Assembly (NCBI GenBank): GCA_965203295.1
Contig: CBDBCZ010000019.1
Span: forward strand, 2,208,001 to 2,272,000
Origin: Nitrospirales bacterium
GTDB lineage: Bacteria; Nitrospirota; Nitrospiria; Nitrospirales; UBA8639
Reading direction: 5' to 3'
DNA length: 64,000 bases
In this document: piece after piece, positions 51,928 to 62,054 of the stretch
Layout of the letters: the number at the start of each line of letters is the position of its first letter
Numbering within the stretch: position 1 is the first letter of the stretch
Made by a program: the position numbers and the translations under genes
Notes under the pieces: model-generated
What the model saw: the letters and a program-made list of their open reading frames with translations, nothing else
Database searches by the model: none
Told to the model about the DNA's origin: nothing

Positions 51928-54504
51928 TTACTCGCACCGCAATCCTTCGCCGATTGATTGCCGAACCGCCCATCTCGCGGGAAAGACCCCTGCGAGCAAC
52001 ACCGCAAGAATCCCGATCCCTCCAGCCTGTCCTAATATCTTCCATGGCAGTGTGAAGTGGATGGTCCATCCAAATGACTGTTTGTTAATGACCTCAATCA
52101 AGAGTACGGCAAGCAAAAGACCTCCGAGCAAACCAAGTACAGCACCGAGAGAGCCCAAGTAGAGGGATTCCCAAAACACCAATTGCTGAATTTGTTCTCC
52201 ACCAGCACCCACCGCACGAAATGTCGATAATTCACGCTGTCGTTCCATTATCGAGGTCACCAAAGTATTGATGATTCCAAGGATGGCCACGACCATGGCA
52301 ATGAATTCCAGTCCATAGGTCACTCGAAAGGTCCGGTCAAAAATATCTAGAATTTCCGATCGAAGTTCCTTGTTACTAATGATCACGACTGGCCACTCAG
52401 ATTGTAAAATCTGTTCGAGACGCTCGCCCACCAACGAAGAGTTGACCCCATCATCCACATACACAGCTAAAACAGTGGCACCTGACTTTCCCCAAAACTG
52501 ATGGTACAGACTTCGATCCATGACGACCTTACCGCCGTCAATGGCATAATCGTAAAACACTCCCAGGACGGGAAAGAGCGTATTGCCCCCGGGAGTCGAA
52601 AGGGTAATGGAATCACCTTTTTTGACCCCAAGATCATGTGATAACACCTCAGAAATGATGACCCCGCCCTTATCCCTACTCCGTGTCAGAATTTCATCGG
52701 AACGGCCATCCATAAAAAGGTATTGACTGCGTCGAGCATGAATAGAAAAATCTCGTGCCACCAAGGATATATTCCTACCTGCGACAGTACTTGGCACCTG
52801 ATAATACGGGTCGACTTCAGCCACACCTGGAATTGTCTTCACTTTAGGAATAAGGGACAAAGGCAGTCCATTCATCTGACCTCCCTCTTCCTGACCACCT
52901 AGCCAGGAAAAGGGGGTCACAATCAGATTGGCCATAAGGGTTTGGTCAATCCAAATCTCCACGGTGTCACGAAAACTCTGGACCATGGTTCCCACACCGA
53001 CGATCAGTGCAAGCCCGACCATGAGAACCGACAGCGCGACACTATTTCGTCCTGGAGTTTTGATCATTTGATCCGCCGCTAGACGGCTCAACATTCCTGT
53101 CTGTCCCCTGCATTTCGTTTTCATGATAATCTTCAGGGCTTGCAACATGACGGGGCCCAAAAAAGAGCATGCCAGTAAAAGACAAAACGCCGAACCGTAT
53201 CCCCACACGGGAATTCCTTCAATGGATTCGGGGATAGTCAAAACACCGGCAAGAAAAAACAACCCCACGGCGAACCCCAAGGCCTTCCCAAGGTGCTGAG
53301 TTTGGCTCTCCTCGTACCCACCTGGTGCTAAGGCCCTTGAAGGGGACGTTGTCGCTGCATCCCAGCAGGGGTTCATGGCTCCTAACAAAGCAATGCCCAT
53401 TCCTAAGAGACCCCCCACCCCATAGAAAGCCAAGGGCATTTGAATACCTTTGACCGAAACGGAGGTATAGAGTTCAGACACATTCGAGCTCACTAAGCTC
53501 AAGAAATGTTCAGAAAGCAACGCTCCTAATCCACTTCCAAGCACCCCTCCGACAAACCCGATAATACCGGCCTCGCCGAGGTACAGCAGGCTTATTTGTT
53601 TTCGAGACATGCCCATGGCACGCAGAATTCCGATTTCTCTACGATACTGCACGACGGAAAAGGACACCGCGTTATAGACGAGAAAAACCCCGACAAAGAG
53701 TCCGACTGTGCTCAATGTCCCCAGATTGAACTGAAAGGTATGAATCATCCGTTCAACTTGTTGATTGCGCTGTGATGGACGCCCCACGTTCGCCTCTGCC
53801 TGAAGGACATGTCTCACCGACTCGACAATCTGATCAACGTCGTAATCAGATTCTGTGACAAGATCAATGCGGTCTAAACGCTCCACCATGTTGAACAAGA
53901 GTTGTGCAGTCGCAATGTCCACAAAGCCCATATTGTCCCAACGCGACGTCATCTGATCACTTTCCCTGACGATCCCCCGGACGACAAAGTTGATGAGACG
54001 GTCATCAACACTCATGGTTAAGGAGTCTCCAACCTCTACACTCAACTCCGTTGCCAGAGACGTACCGAGGAATAAGGCCTGAGGGGAAAGAAAATCCTCC
54101 AATAACAGATCCTGCTCGTCCTGAACGTCCAACTGCACATCATTCATAATGGCCACATCCAAAAGATCCAGACCCCAAAGAGAAAAAGCCTTCCCTTTTT
54201 GAGAACCAGTAGGGATTACCGCGACCTTTTGAATCACAGGACTGGCCTGTCGGATGCCTGGGAGCTGACGCACCTTCGTAATCCATCGTTCATCAACCTC
54301 AAAATTTCCTCCAGAAATTTGAACGGAGACATTCCCGGTGACAGTTGAGACGGATTGTTCAAATGACCGAAGGACTTCAGTATTCGAGAGACGCATGGCA
54401 ATGGCAGCAGAAATACCAACTGCCACACCCACGATCGTCAAACCTGTCCGAAACGGACGATTACGCAGATGATGGATAGCCAGAACTAAGAGGGGACTAC
54501 GCAT
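51928..54504 (-). CDS. FtsX/MacB-type ABC transporter permease (duplicated)
   Basis: Two permease repeats, REIGILRAMG and RELSTFRAVGA. Confidence 0.88.
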   Translation of the reverse strand: MRSPLLVLAIHHLRNRPFRTGLTIVGVAVGISAAIAMRLSNTEVLRSFEQSVSTVTGNVSVQISGGNFEVDERWITKVRQLPGIRQASPVIQKVAVIPTGSQKGKAFSLWGLDLLDVAIMNDVQLDVQDEQDLLLEDFLSPQALFLGTSLATELSVEVGDSLTMSVDDRLINFVVRGIVRESDQMTSRWDNMGFVDIATAQLLFNMVERLDRIDLVTESDYDVDQIVESVRHVLQAEANVGRPSQRNQQVERMIHTFQFNLGTLSTVGLFVGVFLVYNAVSFSVVQYRREIGILRAMGMSRKQISLLYLGEAGIIGFVGGVLGSGLGALLSEHFLSLVSSNVSELYTSVSVKGIQMPLAFYGVGGLLGMGIALLGAMNPCWDAATTSPSRALAPGGYEESQTQHLGKALGFAVGLFFLAGVLTIPESIEGIPVWGYGSAFCLLLACSFLGPVMLQALKIIMKTKCRGQTGMLSRLAADQMIKTPGRNSVALSVLMVGLALIVGVGTMVQSFRDTVEIWIDQTLMANLIVTPFSWLGGQEEGGQMNGLPLSLIPKVKTIPGVAEVDPYYQVPSTVAGRNISLVARDFSIHARRSQYLFMDGRSDEILTRSRDKGGVIISEVLSHDLGVKKGDSITLSTPGGNTLFPVLGVFYDYAIDGGKVVMDRSLYHQFWGKSGATVLAVYVDDGVNSSLVGERLEQILQSEWPVVIISNKELRSEILDIFDRTFRVTYGLEFIAMVVAILGIINTLVTSIMERQRELSTFRAVGAGGEQIQQLVFWESLYLGSLGAVLGLLGGLLLAVLLIEVINKQSFGWTIHFTLPWKILGQAGGIGILAVLLAGVFPARWAVRQSIGEGLRCE

Positions 54505-54621
54505 TTATCAGGAAGTAGTTCTTTCGAAGTAATTTTTAGGAGGTAGTTGTATCTAAGAAAGAAATTATGGTAATTTTCTTGTGTTCCATTCCTGGCCCAA
54601 CAGGCTGAATCAGAGGACGGA

Positions 54622-54900
54622 ATGGCCAAGATCAAGAACAAAATAGGAGAACCAAGCGGGAATTCCCGTGAAAAACTTGATGAGCCCTTCTCACTCACAG
54701 AACGTCAGAAAGAAATTATTCGACTGGTTGCCCAGGGTCACACGAATCGGGAAATCGGGGAACAACTTGACATTAGTGTTCGCACCGTAGAAGTTCACCG
54801 CTTTAACCTCATGCGACGACTCAGAGTCCGGAACGTCGCCCAATTACTTCGTCAGGGTCTTTTACTTCGGCTTATTCCAAAAAACTTTGCTTCGAAGTAA
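54622..54900 (+). CDS. Stand-alone LuxR-type HTH regulator
   Basis: LTERQKEIIRLVAQGHTNREIGEQLDISVRTVEVHR. Confidence 0.88.
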   Translation: MAKIKNKIGEPSGNSREKLDEPFSLTERQKEIIRLVAQGHTNREIGEQLDISVRTVEVHRFNLMRRLRVRNVAQLLRQGLLLRLIPKNFASK

Positions 54901-54952
54901 CCCCACCTGAAGAACTCCCCCACTCAGAGGTGTGACTCATGGGTCCTTACCA

Positions 54953-55033
54953 CGTCATCACCGGAATTTTTTTTAGCGGGGATCCATCTTTCCTGATAAT
55001 CCTGGATGCCCGCCTACAACTGCGGGCATGACG
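54953..55033. repeat. REP-like paired palindromic repeat
   Basis: CGTCAT...GGATCCA and TGGATGCCCGC-ctacaact-GCGGGCATGACG are inverted copies, between convergent genes. Confidence 0.65.
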
Positions 55034-55113
55034 AATCAGACCCCCCGCGTGGAGCAGGAATTTCCAAACTTCATCTGACAATGTCCGTCAACTGAAATTC
55101 AAGTTTTTACTCA

Positions 55114-56070
55114 TCAGAGTTCCTTGAGCATTCCCCGGCATTCAGCTAAAGACGGGTATCCCTTTTGCGTCAGCACGTTCTCCAGCTCCTGACCAATACG
55201 CGCAAACGCCTCTAAGCCCTCGTCCACTAACGTCGTCCCAATTTGGACAGCAGAAGCCCCACACAAGATATGTTCAAACACGTCTGTTCCCGTCGTAATT
55301 CCGCCGACTCCGATGATAGGAATGCGCCCCTTCAATAACTTCCAAAAAGCCCTGACATTGGCCAAAGCCACTGGCTTAATGATTTTGCCACCAATTCCCC
55401 CAAACCCACCTTTTGGTTTAATCACGACCGACTCTTGCTCAGGATCAATGACTAAGCCATTCCCCACAGAATTGATTAATGAGAGAAAAGAGACTCCAAC
55501 TAGATCCAAAACTTCCGCCATCTGTTCATGATGAATGGGATCAAAATAAGGAGGAAGTTTGACCCCTAAGGGAACCGTCACAATCGAACGCAATTCATTG
55601 AGAATCCTTTCAGTCGCTTCCCGATCATATCCAATCTGAGGTTTTCCAGTAATATTGGGGCAGGACAGGTTACATTCAATCAGATCCGGTCTAGCCTCAT
55701 TGATGGCCTGGGCAGCTTCCAGAAAGTCTTGTTCCTTCAATCCGGCAATACTCGCAATGATGGGTTTACGAAATCGACGAAGGTCCGGCAGAAGCTTGGC
55801 ATAGGCTCGATAGCCGAGGTTGGGAAGCCCCATAGAATTAATAGAACCACCCTCAAAACTCCAATATCTTGGGTTTGGATTTCCAGACCGAGGCTCGGGA
55901 GTCATGGATTTGGTCACAATGGCCCCGCACCAAGAGCGTCCCAAAGCTTCCAGCTCTTCCTGTGTCACACAACAGGCTCCGGCCGCGTTCATGAGACAGT
56001 TGGGAAACTCTACTCCGGCAATAGTCGTGGAGAGATTCATAACCTGCATGGATCCGATCGTTTCATGCAC
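55114..56070 (-). CDS. pyrD: Dihydroorotate dehydrogenase, class 1A type
   Basis: NSMGLPNLG, NLSCPN, VKLPPYFD and KPKGGFGGIGG motifs. Confidence 0.9.
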   Translation of the reverse strand: MHETIGSMQVMNLSTTIAGVEFPNCLMNAAGACCVTQEELEALGRSWCGAIVTKSMTPEPRSGNPNPRYWSFEGGSINSMGLPNLGYRAYAKLLPDLRRFRKPIIASIAGLKEQDFLEAAQAINEARPDLIECNLSCPNITGKPQIGYDREATERILNELRSIVTVPLGVKLPPYFDPIHHEQMAEVLDLVGVSFLSLINSVGNGLVIDPEQESVVIKPKGGFGGIGGKIIKPVALANVRAFWKLLKGRIPIIGVGGITTGTDVFEHILCGASAVQIGTTLVDEGLEAFARIGQELENVLTQKGYPSLAECRGMLKEL

Positions 56071-56073
56071 TCC

Positions 56074-56775
56074 TCAAGAAGTGCCACAAAGATGCCCATC
56101 TCGTAACTCAAGCCGTCGATCCGCTACTTTGGCAGCAGCTTCCCAGTGTGTCGCCAACACCACGGTTTGTCCTTCATTCTGGGAAATCTGACGAAGCAAT
56201 TTCACCACTTCCTCCGCATTATGGGAATCCAAATTTCCAGTCGGTTCATCGGCCAGAATAATTTTTGGACGATGCACAATCGCCCGAGCGATCGCCACAC
56301 GTTGCTGTTCCCCTCCAGAAAGTTCACTTGGCCGATGCTGAGATCGTTCTTCCAATCCCACCATATTGAGGCATTGTGACACCCGCGCTTTTACGACAGA
56401 AGAAGATTCTCCAGCCAATACGAGAGGGAGGGCCACATTTTCCTCAGCTGTCAAGCCAGGGACAAGATGAAAGGCTTGAAACACCATCCCCAAAACCTCT
56501 CGTCTCATCTTGGTCCACTCTTTGTCAGAAAATCCTTGAGTGGAAGACCCATTGATCACAATGTTTCCAGAAGTCACGTCATCTAAACCACCAATGAGAT
56601 TGAGTAGAGTACTTTTTCCACTCCCACTTGGACCCATAATAACGCAGAATTCTCCTTTGGGGAGGCAGAAGGAAAGATTTTCAAGGGCTCGGATGACGGA
56701 ACGTCCACGTCGGTATTCTTTAAAAACATGGTCGACCATGAGCATAGACATCTCCATGTGGACCGTTTCTCTCAC
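56074..56775 (-). CDS. ABC transporter ATP-binding protein (LolD/MacB-like)
   Basis: [17 protein letters not shown] and DEPTGNLD motifs. Confidence 0.92.
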   Translation of the reverse strand: MRETVHMEMSMLMVDHVFKEYRRGRSVIRALENLSFCLPKGEFCVIMGPSGSGKSTLLNLIGGLDDVTSGNIVINGSSTQGFSDKEWTKMRREVLGMVFQAFHLVPGLTAEENVALPLVLAGESSSVVKARVSQCLNMVGLEERSQHRPSELSGGEQQRVAIARAIVHRPKIILADEPTGNLDSHNAEEVVKLLRQISQNEGQTVVLATHWEAAAKVADRRLELRDGHLCGTS

Positions 56776-56944
56776 CTGCTCTCAGTGAAAACCATGAATA
56801 CCAGATAATCTTTCCTATATCACAATAGAGAGAAATCCCACAACGAGAACCTCTTCATCCCCAACGGCAAAGGAAGTTCCTGGGATTCTTGACAGAAAAT
56901 CAGCTAATCCTTAAGGTTGAAGGCCTCCTCGTTTTTTTTCGTCA

Positions 56945-57688
56945 ATGTTGATGATACCTGGAACAGGATTTCTCAGACAGGCATTACATACCATTCTTCC
57001 CGTCGATTGCCACCATTGCGGTCAGGCTCTTTGGGATGATCCTATCCCATTTTTCTGTCAGTATTGTTGGAAGCAGATCACACCATGCACCTTACCAACT
57101 TGCTCTCGTTGCGACCGCCCATTTCAATCTCCTATTGCCCTACTGCATAGTCCTCTTCACCAATGCAGCTCATGTCGAATCCATCCACCAGCCTACACGA
57201 AAGCCTGGACTCCTTACGGATACGAATCTCCTCTCAAGGAAGCCATTTGCCAATTTAAATACCATGGGAAAATTGGATTGACCCGTCCCTTAGCAAGCCT
57301 CCTCATCGAGGCCTTAGGAGATTCCTTGCCGAATATTGATTGCATCGTGCCCGTCCCGCTTCATCCCAATCGTCTACGTGAACGAGAATATAACCAATCA
57401 CTCCTTCTTGCCGATCAGTTAGGACGCCATTGGAACATTCCCGTGCGCCCTGAGCTCCTCGTCCGAATTCGGCCTAGCGTCCTCCAAGCAACCCTTAAAC
57501 GCAGAGCATGTCTCAAGAATCTGCGGTGCACGTTTGGCGTAACGCAGGCATCGAAAGTTGCCGGAAAATCCGTTTTAGTGGTAGACGATGTTTTCACAAC
57601 AGGAACAACCGTCAACGAATGCGCGAAAGTCCTTCGAAAAGCTGGGACGGGAAATATCTATGTTGGGACTTTGGCCAGAATGAGTTAA
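56945..57688 (+). CDS. comF: ComF-family protein (zinc ribbon plus phosphoribosyltransferase)
   Basis: CxxC clusters, VPVPLH, REYNQS and VVDDVFTTGTT motifs. Confidence 0.88.
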   Translation: MLMIPGTGFLRQALHTILPVDCHHCGQALWDDPIPFFCQYCWKQITPCTLPTCSRCDRPFQSPIALLHSPLHQCSSCRIHPPAYTKAWTPYGYESPLKEAICQFKYHGKIGLTRPLASLLIEALGDSLPNIDCIVPVPLHPNRLREREYNQSLLLADQLGRHWNIPVRPELLVRIRPSVLQATLKRRACLKNLRCTFGVTQASKVAGKSVLVVDDVFTTGTTVNECAKVLRKAGTGNIYVGTLARMS

Positions 57689-57756
57689 CCCAAAGTTTTG
57701 TCGGTAGGAGCCTTGCTCTTTACCTAGAAGCTTGGCCCCTGATGGAGTTTTCTTGT

Positions 57757-57996
57757 ATGCCAATTTTCGAATATCGGTGCCTTGAATGCCGAAAGCGAAG
57801 CACGATTTTAACCCTCAAACCAACAAAAAATTCCGCTCAATGTATCCATTGCAAAAGTCATAACGTTGAAAAAATCATGTCACGATTTGCCTCTAATAAG
57901 TCGGAGGCGATCAGGAATGATGCACTCATCGATCCTAGTCGATTAGGAGATTTCGACGAATCCATGGGAGGCTGTTGTGAAAGTGGAGAAGAATAG
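57757..57996 (+). CDS. FmdB-family zinc-ribbon protein
   Basis: MPIFEYRCLEC...CIHC...KIMSRF. Confidence 0.8.
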   Translation: MPIFEYRCLECRKRSTILTLKPTKNSAQCIHCKSHNVEKIMSRFASNKSEAIRNDALIDPSRLGDFDESMGGCCESGEE

Positions 57997-58120
57997 GTCT
58001 TTTGGAAAAGACTCCAAGCCCCCCCCAAATAACTTCTTGACTTTATTACGTGTTTTTTCTAGGCTAATTTTTCCTAAAAGGAAACATGTAAAAATCAGGG
58101 CATGAAGGAAAGTTTCATCG

Positions 58121-58561
58121 ATGTTTGCCGGGCAATACCATTGTAAACTAGACGAAAAAGGCCGGTTCATCGTTCCCAGCCCAATCCGAGAACAGTTGGA
58201 AGCTGAGGGGGAGAGCGTGTTTTTTTTAAAGGGACACGACGTACCGCTCTCGGCTTATTCTTCAACAGAATGGACAAAGGTCTTGGAGAAGGCCAAACAA
58301 ACCTTCGATGAGGACCAAAGCCGCCTGTTCATGCACTTTGTCGTATCCGAAGCCTCATCATCCGAAATAGACAAGGCAGGCCGCCTCTTAATTCCAGGAA
58401 AGCTTCGAAAGGTCATTCCTATTGACGATGACCAGGAAATCGTCTTGGTCGGCATGTATCATAGGCTCGAACTATGGAATCCTTCACAATGGCGTCGGTA
58501 TCTCATGAAGAATGAAGACAATTTTGAACAATCTATTGGGAAGATGCTGAACCTTCTTTAA
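58121..58561 (+). CDS. mraZ: MraZ-like transcriptional regulator
   Basis: MFAGQY..KLDEKGRF and IDKAGRLLIP repeats; RLELW. Confidence 0.85.
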   Translation: MFAGQYHCKLDEKGRFIVPSPIREQLEAEGESVFFLKGHDVPLSAYSSTEWTKVLEKAKQTFDEDQSRLFMHFVVSEASSSEIDKAGRLLIPGKLRKVIPIDDDQEIVLVGMYHRLELWNPSQWRRYLMKNEDNFEQSIGKMLNLL

Positions 58562-58622
58562 GTCGTCATTCGAGTCCCAATGTCATTCCTAACCTTTCCT
58601 ATCCTTCCATTCTGAATTTTCC

Positions 58623-59177
58623 TTGATACCTATTCCTTCATCGAGAACCCCTTCGAAGAACGTCAAAAAGAGAACAATTTCGATAACTCGCGTTCGAAAG
58701 TCGTCTTCTATCATTCGAGTTCTTCCCCGATCCAAAAGTTCTACTTCACAAACATCTGGAAAATTGGCTACGACCCTACTGAGTAGCAACCCGATGTTGA
58801 TGGCCCTTCCTCTCCCCCCAACAATCAATAAGCAATACGCCACGGTCCAGGGTCGACGCGTGCTGTCCTCTCAAGGAAGACGGTACAAAACAGAAGTTTC
58901 TCAATTTCTCCTTAAACAATTTGCGACAAATCGGGGGTGTGCCCCCTCTCCAGCTATCCTCCAAACTCATTTTCTCCGACTCACCCTGTGTTTTTATTTC
59001 TCATCCCTTCTAAAACGGGACCTAGACGGCGGAGTCAAAATAACTCAGGATGCGATTTGTGAACCCTTGGAAATCAATGATAATCGAATCTTAGAACTTC
59101 ACCTGTACAAATATCAGGACAAGGAGTTCCCAAGGGTGGAATGCACACTCACGCCTCTTTATCCTCTAAAGAAATAG
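58623..59177 (+). CDS. RusA-family Holliday junction resolvase-like protein (start uncertain, possibly 58794)
   Basis: LPLPPTIN...Y, RDLDGGVKITQD, INDNRI. Confidence 0.75.
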   Translation: MIPIPSSRTPSKNVKKRTISITRVRKSSSIIRVLPRSKSSTSQTSGKLATTLLSSNPMLMALPLPPTINKQYATVQGRRVLSSQGRRYKTEVSQFLLKQFATNRGCAPSPAILQTHFLRLTLCFYFSSLLKRDLDGGVKITQDAICEPLEINDNRILELHLYKYQDKEFPRVECTLTPLYPLKK

Positions 59178-59208
59178 GCAAGAAAAGTGTGAGCATTGTT
59201 CCCCAAAA

Positions 59209-59751
59209 TTATTCTTCAAGTACCGGCTCAGGCAGACCACCAACCATCGCAAGAACTAGCCCGAGGATCAACGCCTGGACCACCCATCCAATGAGGCACA
59301 CGCCAACAGCCCGTAATGTACTGTGATAATCCAAGGCTTGCCGCACGGCAATCACCATGGCCACCAGCATCCAGATTCCGGCAATAAGATGAACAGCTTC
59401 GTCTAAGGACGGGATAATCCCCAGGACTCGAATCAGACCTGGAGCGCTCGAAAACCCGATCGTCCGTAGGAGTTCTCCCTGATCAGCATGTGTTTGGGGT
59501 TCAGGCAGGAGTTTCGTGCCAATAAAGTAGGTCATGAAAGCCCAGATATACCACCCGATCAGGGCTCCGACCGTGCCAACCACCAAGCCCATTACTCCAA
59601 GCACGTCATACAGCCCAACCCCACTCGCGAGGCTCGACAACACGACCACTGTCATGGCCTGACCAAGAGCACTTTTGTCTGCTTCTACCTCTTCATATAA
59701 GTGGACATCGAGCATTGAAGCTCGAATCATCCGATTCACAAATGGCGTCAT
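59209..59751 (-). CDS. YIP1-family membrane protein
   Basis: Five TM helices; YEEVEAD, LLRTIGFSSAPG and AVRQALDY motifs. Confidence 0.8.
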   Translation of the reverse strand: MTPFVNRMIRASMLDVHLYEEVEADKSALGQAMTVVVLSSLASGVGLYDVLGVMGLVVGTVGALIGWYIWAFMTYFIGTKLLPEPQTHADQGELLRTIGFSSAPGLIRVLGIIPSLDEAVHLIAGIWMLVAMVIAVRQALDYHSTLRAVGVCLIGWVVQALILGLVLAMVGGLPEPVLEE

Positions 59752-59922
59752 ACGTGTTGACCTTCGTGTCCTCAGAGAGCAACTTCTACTAGGGCTGAAA
59801 TAGTACTTTCCTTAAGTGGGGAGGACTTTGCGCTACTATGTTGCCGTAAATAGTAATTAAGGAATCTCTAAACAGGCGGTCAAATTCATAAACATTAGGA
59901 AGTGATGGTGGGGAAAATTTAC

Positions 59923-60190
59923 TTAAACCTTTGAATGGGTTTTCTTGGAACCGAGTTTTTCAATCAATTGTTCATTAGGAGTGAAAATGTAAGTCCGACC
60001 TTCTTTCTTTTTTTTCAAGAAGCCTCTTTTAGTCAGATATAAAAGATCTTGTCTGGCCGTTTGATACACAATGGCATGATGATTCTGATGAGATTCAATT
60101 GTGTAAACAGCATTGGGATGCCGGATGGCATGATAAATCAAACCCTTCTGCCTCAAGTTAAAGCCTTTATAATTATTTAGGCACTCATTT
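59923..60190 (-). pseudogene. C-terminal winged-HTH fragment of a Fic-family protein
   Basis: NLRQKGLIYHAIRHPNAVYTIESHQNHHAIVYQTARQDLLYL..RGFL; no upstream Fic core; AT-rich. Confidence 0.65.
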
Positions 60191-60277
60191 TAACTGAAAA
60201 ATTTAGATTTAAACTTCCAGACACTCTGCGATGGAGTCTAGCCCTACCCCTAACAATGCAGCCCCGTCAATGAAGTC

Positions 60278-60360
60278 CGTCATTCTCTCGGCACCGATGA
60301 CACGGAGGAGTGCAGAGCCCTGAATAGCCTGTCCTCGTGAAAACGGGGACGGGAATCCAG
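60278..60360. repeat. Nested REP-like element
   Basis: CGTCATTC...GGGAATCCAG ends with an internal hairpin CCTGTCCTCGT-GAAA-ACGGGGACGGG. Confidence 0.55.
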
Positions 60361-60438
60361 ATTTGCGCACTCTCAAAATACATCTGAATAAACCTTTATG
60401 CCACCAGATCAAACCCAAGCCTACGGACGGGCCGGGTT

Positions 60439-61077
60439 TCAGGAAGAAAGAGGTTGAATTTCCACAAAATGCTTAACGGACTTCACCCCCCCTTGGTTGT
60501 CCGAATAATATCCAAGACTTTATCTAACTCCGCTTGGCTTCGGGTTCGACCAATCAGATACACTTGATTCCGCACGGAACGCCATCGATAATTCACAGAA
60601 GTCATCCCTTTAGCGGCGATGAGCTGGGCCTCAATCTTCGTGGCAATCCAGAAATCATCGACCGTTTGGCCCATGCCTTCGGTATCTTTCCTTATCCTGT
60701 TGTTCAACTTGCTTACGACGACGTTCCTTTTCTTCCGGAGTCACGATTTGTATTTCATCGTACAGCGCTTTATGTCTAGCATCAGCCTTTGCCATTTGGA
60801 CGACTTCATCGCGAACGTTTGGATCATCCAGGGTGCCGGTAAGCAACACACGCTGCTCCCAAACATCCACATTCACATCCAGCAATAAACCCTTATCTTT
60901 GCCCGATAAATCCGAAAGAAAATTCGTCGCCATTTTTGTATCCGTGACCTGATTTTCCGTGCTGCGATCTTCCAGCGCTTTTTCCCCGGTCTCCATCAAA
61001 ACAGTGGTGCATCCGGATGCCAGAAGGGCGATAGCCCCAATACTAAAAATCCCGAGTCTTGTTAATGAACGATTCAT
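60439..61077 (-). pseudogene. Dual BON-domain lipoprotein (OsmY/DolP-like) with two frameshifts
   Basis: Lipobox LASGC; BON1 (VLLTG); frameshift near 60690; BON2 (VYLIG); second shift at the C7 run 60486-60492 before VKSVKHFVEI. Confidence 0.8.
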
Positions 61078-61379
61078 GTCGCGCTCCTCTTCTTGTTAAG
61101 CAAATAAGGCCATTGGACCTTCAAAAGAACCAGGACCTGATGGCATGCTCTGCGCGTCTGAAAAACGTGCCACTTCTATTTCCTTGGTTTTGCCCTGTTT
61201 CGAAGTACTTGCTTTGTCTTTTCTCCCTGTACATTACCGCAAAACCACAAGCAAAAAAGTTCGAACCGCTCAGATCTCGCTCCCAATAAGGCGTTTCGGC
61301 CATTTAAGGAAAGGCAACTATGTTCGAGCCTCCTCAGAAAATAACCCTTTTTCCAAGTTAGATCAAATAGTTAGGAAAA

Positions 61380-61455
61380 TGGCGCGCCCGACAGGAGTCG
61401 AACCTGTAACCTCTTGATCCGTAGTCAAGTGCTCTATCCATTGAGCTACGGGCGC
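61380..61455 (-). tRNA. tRNA-Arg(ACG)
   Basis: GCGCCCG/CGGGCGC acceptor stem, anticodon arm CTTGA-CTACGGA-TCAAG, GTTCGA T-loop, encoded CCA. Confidence 0.97.
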
Positions 61456-61760
61456 GTGGCGTGATTTATCAATGAGTTAGATGAGCAGTTCTTTTGACTG
61501 AAATTAGCTCGTATTAAATAAGCATCAAATAGATGAAAAGTAGCGCACTTTATACAGGTCCTTTGGGAGTACCGTCAATTCAACACAGCGGTCATTTTAA
61601 ATCAGTTCGCTAGTTACCTCTCCTTAAGTTCGTGGTTTGTTCTGGTTTCCACTTCCTCTGTTCCTTCACGTTGACACACGATCAGCCACGCAATAATTGA
61701 GGTGGCCCGGAATTGACAGACACCTGAAAATAGGGACAATATGTTCCGAGGAGGTGTCGT

Positions 61761-62054
61761 ATGGGCCAACGCAAAACGTTTATGCCCGAGTTCAAGCGTG
61801 AAGCGGTGCAGTTGCTGGAAAGTGGGAGCCGCCCGGCCTCTCAAATTGCCCGCGAACTTGGGATTAAACGCAACCAACTATAATAAGTGGCAAACGGAAT
61901 TGAAAGCTCGAGGGACAGCTGCGTTCCCTGGTTCTGGAATGCGGCGTAAGCGCAGCGATGAGGTGAGTCGATTGAAGCAGGATTTAGCGCGCGTGACTGA
62001 GGAGCGGGACATTTTAAAAAAGCCGCGGCGTACTTTGCCAAGGAACTCCGATGA
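61761..62054 (+). pseudogene. IS3 transposase OrfA, frameshifted
   Basis: MGQRKTFMPEFKREAVQL...NQL* (an extra A creates TAA at 61881). The A6 run at 62016-62021 is one short of restoring LKKAAAYFAKE. Confidence 0.8.
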
